Origin: the human T2T-CHM13v2.0 reference genome, Homo sapiens
Reading direction: 5' to 3' (one strand)
Assembly (NCBI RefSeq): GCF_009914755.1
Contig: NC_060925.1
Length of the DNA stretch: 64,000 bases
In this document: positions 53,886 through 64,000 of the stretch, piece after piece
How the letters are laid out: the number at the start of each line of letters is the position of its first letter
How positions within the stretch are numbered: the stretch's first letter is position 1
Notes under the pieces: model-generated
Databases searched by the model: none
What the model was told of the DNA's origin: nothing
The model's input: the letters and a program-made list of their open reading frames with translations, nothing else
Made by a program: the position numbers and the translations under genes

Positions 53886-54679
53886 AACACGTGTACGTGT
53901 GCGTGTGTGTGTGTGATTGGTGTAGGTATAGTCTTATATACACGATTGTATGTGTGTGTGCTTGGTGTACGTGTGTTTCCATGACTGTGACATGGGCCAG
54001 GCTGTGACTGGGTGTGAGTTGCATGCCTATGTGTACAGAGAGCTGTGTGTGTCTGTGCACATGCCAACCCAGGATGGTCACCTCTGATTCCTCTCTCCCC
54101 ACCCCCATGTTGCCCCCAGGAGAATTTTATGTCTGTTGAGACGCTCAGAATAGGAATCATTTTGCCTCCACGCAAGGATCCTTGCAGGAACAGCCTGGAC
54201 ATGGAGTGTTCAACTGCAGATACTCAGCAGAGCCCCAGAGTCCTGCTTAATATATTTCCCTCAAGATCCTCCCAGTGTCCCTCCCGGCCAGGCAGACACT
54301 CCTGGCTGTATCCTCAAGAAAGGCCAACTCTCAGAAGGGTTATGCACCAGGACGTTAGATATATTATATACTGTATATCTTCCTCCCCATTTCACAGCTG
54401 GGGAAACTGAGGTTCGGACAAGTTAAGACTTTGCCTTCAACTTCAAGTCCAATTGCTTTCTCTGAAGGTTCCCTAATTTTCTGAGAAAGCAATTCAGCAA
54501 TGGCTGAAACCAAGACATTCAATTAGTCGCTCATTTATCAGTTAGTCAGCACTCCCATCCTGTGACCACACAACCTGGGCTGCCAGCTCATCACCAAGTC
54601 TCTGAGGATGCAGCCACCACCTTCTTCGGCTTCCCTCAGCCTCCAACTCAGCAAGACACAGGCAGATCCATAGCATGGC

Positions 54680-54700
54680 TGAGCTGTCCTTGGTGCTGAA
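54680..54700 (-). promoter_or_regulatory. RE1/NRSE (REST binding site)
   Basis: Minus strand reads TTCAGCACCAAGGACAGCTCA versus consensus TTCAGCACCAnGGACAGCnCC, with correct 2-bp half-site spacing. Confidence 0.8.
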
Positions 54701-55354
54701 GCGGCATCCGCTGGCTCTTACCTCTGGGTCCTGGGCTGGGATGGGCTACTTCTTGATTTCGAGAGGCTGCAAACATTGTTCCCAAGAAGTCCCCAGGACC
54801 TGGGGCTGGATTATTGGGAGCAGAAACTCACAATTTTCCCATCGTGTTCTATGCTGGCCTAGCACATCTAGAGCCTTGCCTCTCTTGTAGCCTGAACACC
54901 CCTTACACAGCTTCGCAGGGGCAAGGTGAGGCTGATGCAACCCAGGAATTGGCTGTGATACTTGCTGGCCTGAGCTGAAGGGAAAGAACAGGGCCTTGGG
55001 TGTGTCCAGGGTATGGAACCGTGGTGGAGGGGGTCTGGACGCCATGGCATGGGGAGATGGTGGCAAGACCCTGGTGAGGATGCGGGAGCATCACTAAACG
55101 CTGTCTGTCCTCAGGTCCCTTGGAATCTCTCCCGGGAAAGGAACCCAGGCTAGATCTTTGCAGAACCAGATGGTGGATGCTTCGGGAAGACAGATTTCAG
55201 CTCCACTTAAGAAACCCTTTCTTACTGTCAGAGTTCCTCAACAAGGAATCATTTTTGCCTCCAAAAGAAGTGAGCTTCCCAACAATGAGAAAGAAAAAAA
55301 CATTATTTTTCTAGGATTCTCATGGCAGCAGGCCAGCTCTTAGGCACAATGGCT

Positions 55355-55550
55355 GCCTTTTATTAAACACCTATTATGTGCCGGCCACAACCCAGAGGTA
55401 TATGTATTATTAGCCCTATGATACAAATCAGGAAACTGAGGCTCAGAGAAGAAAGGCGACTTGTTCAAGGTCACACAGCTAGGAGGTAATTGGGCTGGGG
55501 TCACACTCAGGTGAGTCTGACTTCAAGCCTGTGCTGTTAACCTCTGTGCT
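55355..55550 (-). mobile_element. MIR
   Basis: tttattaaacacctattatgtgcc...ggaaactgaggctcagaga...aaggtcacacagctag. Confidence 0.7.
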
Positions 55551-58134
55551 ACGAAGACTCCCTGAACCAATCCGGAAGGCAGAGCATTTCTACCCCTCCC
55601 CCACGCCCCGCAGCCTTCTCTCAGCTCCCTCCCCTCTTTCTCCCCTTGGGTTGAGTTTTAAGGAAGAAATAAATGAAAAATGGATGAGGCACCCAGCCTA
55701 GGGTGTGGGGCCTGATCCGATTAACACTGGTGTTTCTTTCATGAGGGATGGGACGGTGTCTCTCACCTGCAGCAGCCCAGGGCTTGGAATAAGCTGCCTG
55801 GAAGTCACTAAGGCCACCTGCCTCCTGGCTCCGTGGGTTGTCTGGCCTGCCCCACCCACCATCTGCCACCACCTTCCCCTCCTCCCTCCCTCTCCACGGC
55901 CCAGCCACAGCTCTCAGAAGCCCTGCTAAGCTCCTGCACCATCTCTGAGACAGCCTGGGGCAGCATAATGAGCCCAGGCTTTAGAATCAGACTGGAGTCT
56001 AGATCCCAGCTCTGCCTCTCACCAAGAGACTTGAGAGAAGCCAGAGAGGCTTCAGCTTCCACTCCAGTAAAATGGGGCAGATGCCTGCCTCACGGAGTCA
56101 CTGTGAGGTGTGAGCTAATGTGTCTTGGGCTTGGAACACAGTTTACCTCTTCCTGGGTAACACTCAATAAATGACCATTACTGCTCCTGCCGCTCCCACC
56201 ACTGCTATCGTTATCTTGATGAATGGAAGTATTTCTTGTCGTGAGTTTTGATGACTCACAACCAAAGAGAGAAATGGATGAAAATCAAGGTGATTTGTGC
56301 TGACGCCCCATTTACTCCTCAGGGAAGCCCCAAATTACTCCCCTCCTGTCACATTGGTGTCAGGGATGGGGGGCAGTCAGCAAGAGGGAGTCGAGTGACC
56401 AGAGCTCCAGATGTCAGGGGTTTGCCTTACCTGACTTTGTGACCAAATAAGAGACAGATGGCAGTTCCCAATGGATACCAGAGGCACTTGGATCACTGAA
56501 GAAGCTGATGCTGTCAACGTGGCTTCCATCTGAGAGCTAGTAGGTTTCCTAAAGGGAATTCTAGGGTCCGGCACAGTCACTGCCCTGCCAAAGTACATTG
56601 GACTTAGCAGCTACATCAGCTACGGAAGAGCAGAGCACACTTGAGCTTCCTGTGAGCAGCCCGGCCCCCAGTACAGAAAGATTCCACCCCCCGATGCTGA
56701 AAGTCCTTGGCCCAACTGCCTCCTCTCCCTGAGCCTCAGTTTACTGCTCTGTTAAATGGGGGCAATAACAGAATCTACCACACAGTGTGGCAGCCAGGGT
56801 CAGATGGAACAGACGAATGAGGCAGAGGGATGGGGCAGCAGCCCAACAGGCTCCCTTTAGGACTTCCCAACCCCCCAAGTCCAAGTCCCTAGGGCTAGGA
56901 CCCTAAACTGGGTCTGAGCCCCCCACAGACAACGGGGCCCACATAGGGGTCCAGGCAGTGCCCCCACTGCCCAACCATGGAGCAGACGTCACGGCTGCTC
57001 TGAGCCTCCTTGCCTTGCGTGCCAGATCATGCACGTGGCTGTGAGGGGGAGGAGGAGGAGGGGGAAGAAGCCGGGAAGCCTGGGGCCCAGGGGAGCACCC
57101 CGCACTCCAGTCTCATCACGCAAGGGGCTTAACACGAAATATGAAGCCATCTGCCAGGTCTCCTCCCGCTAACCTGTCTAGGGAGGGCTCAGCGATTCCA
57201 GCCTCTGTCCCCAGCTCCAGCCTCCAGTCCCTGTTGCCTGGTGTCAGCCCATGTGATGGTCCTCTCAATGGACAGCCTGGCCGTCTGCCTCTCTCTGGAC
57301 CTGCTGCTTGGACTGTCCCTGGGCCTGTCTGTCTGCCTGTGATGCTGTCGGTCTACCTGTGGGTCATCAGGCTTCTTGTGGGTCAGGCTGGCTGTCCATC
57401 TGTCATTCTGTTTGCCTGTCTGTTTTCCTCTGTGTACCTGGCAGTCAATCAGTCCCTCTAGCTGCCTGTCTGCCTGTCCATCCACTTCTTGCCCCCTCTG
57501 TCTCTCTGTCCCCACTCTTGGCCCTTGCTATCCCCAGCTCTCTGCCCATTTCTCTCATGTGTGGCACTGAGCTCACTCATCACCAAGGTCACTCCTCTAG
57601 GCCATGGGCCAGGGCTGGCTGCCTCCAGTGAGGTAGAACAGGCCCACTCCTACCCTCAAGCCCCTGTCCCAGTTTACACTCCCCAGCCTCCATGGCCAAG
57701 CCTCTCCCTTCTTCCAGCCCCCATCCCCATGCTCTTCTCTCCAGCCTTGAGTGTTAGAGAAAGATTTAGCTGAAGGTATTTGGGGGAAACTAGGTTTGAA
57801 TTAATGGTAAAAATCAGGTTTTCTGATTCCATTTCAGTTTTATCCCTCGACTGATTTTCTCCATTACCATTGAGCAGCAGTTGAGAACGGCTGTTCTCTG
57901 CAGTATTTATGGTAATGCAGGTTAATGTCTGAGTTTGAGGAGCTCAATTAGCAAATTCATGGACAAGGGGGTCCGTTCGCGCTTCTCTTGTGAAGCTCGA
58001 TGATTCATTAGCCACAGGGAGACTCCGGGTTTCATGTCCGCATACAAAACGCCAGCCGCTGCTCTCCAGCATGGTGCCTGGCTCAGTGCTGGTGCTCAAG
58101 GAGCCCATGACTCTGCTTCCTGTGCCCATCATAG

Positions 58135-58476
<342 letters not shown>

Positions 58477-59299
58477 TGACACTCACCACAGGGTGCATGG
58501 TAGGTGCCTCTAAACATTTAATAAATCAATTAATCACTTCATCCCCAGTTCCAGGTATGGAATCCCAGAACAGAGGAGATGCTCAGTGTTTGCTGAAGAA
58601 ATTGACACACCCCAATAACCTGTGCTTAGCATGGCGTTGCCACCTGGTAAATGCTAGGTGAGTGTTTGTTGACTGACCAACTGATTGACGATGGATGAAT
58701 GAATGAATGAATGAATGAATGCTGGTCTTCTCCAGCTGCAAGGCTACTCTGATCCCCAGAATCCCACCTAGAGGGTGACTGGAAGAAACAGGATCTCAAG
58801 GAGGGGGTCTTAGTCCAGAGGCATAGGGCTGGAGAAGATGTGCAGAGCTCCTGCCTCCACTTCAGGTGAGCACCAGACTTCAAAATGTGGAGCGGCCATT
58901 TTCAGGTTTGTAGCTTTGGGTATGCTGGACTGGGGCTCACAGGCTGGGGAGAAGCCACAGGTCACACCCTACTCCTCTACTAGGTGCCCAGCTGTGATTC
59001 TCAGGGGAGGGGAGCTAGGCAGGCAGAGGAACCCATTCTCCTGGTGACTTTCCAAGACTGGCCTCGTTGGAGACTTGCTTCTCGGTGATGCAAGGCAGGG
59101 TGATGAGTCTCCTTTTGCAAATGTGGAAACTGAAGGCCAGAGAGAGGAAGTGCCTTGCCCAAGGTCACACAGCATGTTAGCAGTTGAGACAGGCTTTGAA
59201 CACAGGTCTTCTGTGTTCTTTCTACTGTGGCCTCATCACATTCTTTGTCCTCCTTGGGCCTCTGATTTCCAGCAGCCTCCCCTTCCAGCCCCCCATTCC

Positions 59300-59445
59300 T
59301 TCTGCACTAGAATGTCAGCTCCATGAAGGCAAGGAGCCTAGTCTCTTTGTTCACAGCTGTCTCCCCAGTGCCTAGAACTGGTCTGGCAAACTATAGTAAG
59401 TGTGCAAAGCCGCCTTATTGCATAAGTGAATGACTGACTGAATGA
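59300..59445 (+). mobile_element. L2 3' end
   Basis: ctagaatgtcagctccatgaaggcaagga...cccagtgcctagaac...gaatgactgactgaatga. Confidence 0.7.
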
Positions 59446-62400
59446 TTCTCTTGCCCACCTGAGAGGGCGGGGACACAACACAATGAATAGCATCTCCTAT
59501 TCATTAGGCTGCTACTCTGTGTGTCCCCAACTGCCATCGTTCCAGTTTTCCCAGCTGCCCTGTTGGGAGACCCTTTACCCTGGGCACATTTTCAGCTGAA
59601 GAACCTTCCTCTAGAGAGGCGAGCTAACTTGCCCCAGGTCACACAGTGAGCCAGAGTCAGGCTTCCAAACCAGTTCCTTCTGCATCCGAGCCTTGAGCCC
59701 ATGCCCACCAGGCACGTGCCCTCTGCACTGCTAGCTGGAAGCTGGCCCCCCACCTGCCTGCCCGCCAGCTCCATCTAAGGCCAGCCCCAGACTGACAGCT
59801 TCCCAGCCAGGCAGGTGACCCAAGCAACCTAAGGGGTCGCCTCCCCAGGTTGGAGCTAGAGCTGTGACAGGGAGACCAAGAAAGGCCAAGCCCAGTGGGG
59901 GCACGGCCGAGCCCTGAGCCGCTCACTGCCTGCCCCGCCCGCCGGGGGTCTCATCAGTATCAGCAGTGGCCTCTGGGTGAGATGAGGTTGACATTTCCTG
60001 TACATCCTGCCGGAGGCTGCCTGTCTTTCCTGGGAAGGGGCTCTGGTGGGAGGGGCTGTGGGATGACAACTGCGATGTGACAAGCAGGCCTGGGAGAACA
60101 GTCCAGGGTGCTCTCCTACCCCAAGAATTTGATGAAGGAAACAGAAGAGGCTCCTGCCCCACGCTGAAGGCTCACAGGAGTGGCTGCTGGCATTGATGGA
60201 GGGCTGTGAGCTGAGCGTGCCAGTCTTTGAGCTGAGCGCCTCACCTGTGTCCTCTCCCTCACCCTCACAGCTATGCATGGGGAGGCACGAGGAACAGCCC
60301 CATTTTACAGTTAGGGAAACTGAGGATCGGGGATGTGAAATCAATTGCATGCAGTCACGTGAACGGAGTGGCAGATGCAGGACCGAGTTCTGTCTGACCT
60401 CCGAGCCTTCACCCTTAAACTCCACTCCCAAAGGTCTCTATGGAAAAATGTAAGTTACATAAAGGTGGCCCCTGATTTCTGGGAACTTCCTTCTGCAGCT
60501 TAATGAGGCAGGAGAAGAAGCCCCTGGCTGGGGAGGCAGAAGACACAGATTCAATAATCCTGCTTCTACCATGGACTCCCTTGCTGTGTGACCCTAGGCT
60601 GCTCACTTAATGCCTCTGACCCTCAGCTGTGACATCCTCACAATGGAGATTTCACACATCCATGTCTGAAAGGGACCATCCTGCTCGCTGATCCCTGGAG
60701 GCCCCTCCACCTCCCTGCTCTGATTTTCTGGGTTTGAGTCTTGGGGGCAGCAAACAGCACGGCCTGTGAGAGTCCCACAGTGTGGTGTGGGGTAGAGCCC
60801 ACTGAAACCTCATCAGGGGATCCAACAAGCAGAGAGTCAGAGAGCGCAGTGACTTGCCCAAGGTCACACGGCACATTAGCATCTGCAAAAGCATTCCCTG
60901 TCTAGCACCTTCTTCCATGCAGCAGTTGCAGCCTTAAAAATGTTCAAAGAAATGTGAGTTTTACCTTTGGCTCTTGTTTTTTTTTGTGTTTTTTTTTTTT
61001 GTTTTGCTTTAAATCTTTATTCCCTTTTCTTTGAAGAGAGATAGCACGTTGGGGTTCATAGAAACTCTTTTTTTTTTTTTGTCCTTTTAAGCAAAAAATA
61101 AGCAAACTCAGTCTAGAAGACCCTGAAGACAGAAATGGCATCTCGGCTTCTTCCCATTATCCCCCCGGAGGCCCGGTGGCTGTCTCCCCGAGTCCCCAGC
61201 GGCTGGCACCGTCATGGAAAGGCCCGGCGGGGGGACTTGCCGGACCAGCTGCTGCATAAACAGCGAGCAACTTCAGACAGACTGGAAAATCAGGCACCAC
61301 TTCAAAGGCACAGTGACAGGCGGCAACGCTGGTGGGAGCATGGAGGTGGCCTCCCCTGACGACCAGCCAGGAGCGGGAGGCTGGACTTGCTGCGGTGTTC
61401 TCACTGAGAAACAGCAGACCGAAGGACAGCCATTGCCTCCCCCACCAGCAGGAAGCTGTTACAATATTTGTCAACCTGTGAGCTCCAGGGGGGCAGAGGA
61501 GCCCGCTTGGGAGAGCCGAGGGATGACAAAGGAGCACTGGCTGGGGTCTGGGACACACAGGCTGATGCTTCCCAAAGCCAGGCTTCACCTGCACAGCCAA
61601 GGGCCTTGGGCAGGGGGCCGGGTGGCCGGAGTCCAGCATGGCCCTGCCCAGCTCCCAGCCCACATGCCAAGCCCCATCTCTGTGCCAGGCAGTATGTGGG
61701 GCACAGCAAACCTTGGAGGCAGGTGAGGAGAAGCTGAAAACGCTGGCCCCCGTGAGGCAGCAGGAAGTCCTCTGCAAAGGTTGGAATGGAGCAAAAGTGT
61801 AGAAGTGTGGGTGCGTGTGTGCACTGTGTGCACGTATGTGTGCACCCACATGGTGGTGTCTTTTAGCAGCACCTATTTCACACTCACACCTTGCTAGGTT
61901 CACTCATTCTGCCTCGGGCCCCCTCTCACCCCCAGCTCTTTCTGTAAGTCACTAAGGCCACCTGCCTCCCGGCTCCGTGCATTCTCCAGCCCGCCCCGCC
62001 CTGCCCACCATCTCTGTCCTCCCGCTCTTCATCCTTCTCCCATCACAGGGACGTTGGAGTGAGGCAACTCCAGATGCGGCCCATCACTTCCGGGCAGTGT
62101 GGCCTTAGACAAGGGACTGCACCTCTTTGAGCCTCAGCTTCCCCGTCTACAAAATGGGACACATGGCTCCACCTTCATGGAGAGGTGGAGGTACGCAGAG
62201 CTTCAAGCTCATGCCTGGTGCACATGAGCCCTCCACATACACAAGCCCTTCCCTTCCGCTTTCCCCACCACCCTCCATCCTCTTCTCCCCTCTCCTCACC
62301 TTTGTTCCTTCCCAGCCCCTCTCTGTGCCTCTGTTTTTCCATCTGTAAAATGGAAATAATGCTACCTATCTTCAAGGCTGGTGGTGAAGATTAGGGGAGA

Positions 62401-62534
62401 GATGTTTAAGCAGGGCCTGTGGTTTCATCACTCACTGGCCGTGCGATCCTCGTCATCCTGATGTCTCCATGCCTGGCACATAAACGGAAGTGGTTATTAC
62501 TGAGTGGGGAGGGGTGTTGCGTGTGTGTAACTGT

Positions 62535-62712
62535 TTGCATTCATCTTAAGTGTACCTTTGGCTCTTGCGTCAAATGGCTTATGATGCAGGGGTATGCCCA
62601 TGAAACCACCACCTGAATAAAAAATGTAGAGCATCTCCAGCACCCCAGAACGTTCTCTGTCCCAGTCACTACCTCCCCTCCACCAGCAGAAGTAACCACT
62701 ATTCTGATCACA
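62535..62712 (-). mobile_element. L1M 3' end remnant
   Basis: atcttaagtgtac...aaccaccacc...catctccagcaccccagaa...gtaaccactattctga. Confidence 0.6.
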
Positions 62713-63457
62713 GATACAGCCAAAGTTGCAGGGAAAAGAATAGACTGAATGGGCAAAGGGCAGCCAGAGGACCAGGGCTGGGGTATCCAAGGCAGGGATG
62801 CTATGGTGGACGTTTGGGGGTGGTGGGATGATGATAAGCTTGAGGTCTCAGGGGACCCCTTCTCTAGGAGCTTCCTGCTGCCAGAGGGAGAGGAAGGAAG
62901 GCTGCCTTGTGGCTCGTGGTCACACGCATCTGGGGCCTCTGGGCTGGACCGGCCCAGCAGAGCTGAGACTTGGGCAGCTGCCGCCCCAGGCCCTTTGATG
63001 TGACAGAGATGGAGACACACGCATGCCCGGCAATTAATTAATTGTGACTTTCACCGCACAGTGGCCGCTTCCTATTGACCTCCGCCCGTCTGGAGTGAGA
63101 GAGACAATTAGGAGGGAGTGCAGCAGCGGCAGCTAATTACCCACTGAATAAAAACCGTGCCTTTCAATTTATTCAACTTTTATCACAAAAATAACCTGGT
63201 CACTCCCTCCTGCTGAGAAGCAAAGGAGGGTGCTCTAGAGTGGCGCCCCCAGTTAGCCCCTCACGGATGCTGAGAGCCTCAGGAAGTCATGGCCGCTACC
63301 TCATTGCCAAGGAAGATGCCCACACACACCTGGGTTCTGGGAAATGGGGCTGGGGGACCAAGAGCTGCTATGTCATCAAAAACAGCCCTCAGGTAAAATC
63401 AGGCAACAGGCCAAATGAAGTGAGACAGAGGGGGCTCCAAGGAACCCGGAGGCTTAG

Positions 63458-63958
<501 letters not shown>

Positions 63959-64000
63959 TAGCACCTTCAAGGGAGAGAGTGTCACTCCCATTTTACAGAT

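Noticed and set aside
54152-55263. Shared AGGAATCATTTT(T)GCCTCCA at 54152 and 55244
   Set aside because: Context resembles ancient L3/CR1 3' remnants, and it is too short to call a specific duplication

Overview
Primate (very likely human) genomic DNA containing the complete EPHA8 receptor tyrosine kinase gene on the + strand. I traced all 17 coding exons by their GT-AG junctions. The CDS runs from ATG 5343 to TGA 44753, totals 3018 nt (1005 aa) and stays in phase at every junction. The gene has a CpG-island promoter (~4850-5600) and a poly(A) signal at 46586. A second open form reads through the exon 5 donor to give a 495-aa ectodomain-only product, with poly(A) signals supplied by a MIR. 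The rest of the window is intronic or flanking DNA with Alu, L1, L2, MIR, MER and MaLR remnants. The most notable non-coding observations are: (1) a ~3-kb GT-rich array in intron 3 saturated with UGCAUG (RBFOX) motifs and complementary to a CA-rich tract in intron 2, so the two bracket exon 3; (2) a near-consensus RE1/NRSE about 8 kb 3' of the gene; (3) a perfect 93-bp tandem duplication; (4) a ~770-bp almost pure-purine tract; (5) several homeobox/TCF/MEIS-rich candidate enhancers. No second protein-coding gene or wholly new system is supported. Most ORFs in the supplied track are repeat or GC-content artefacts.
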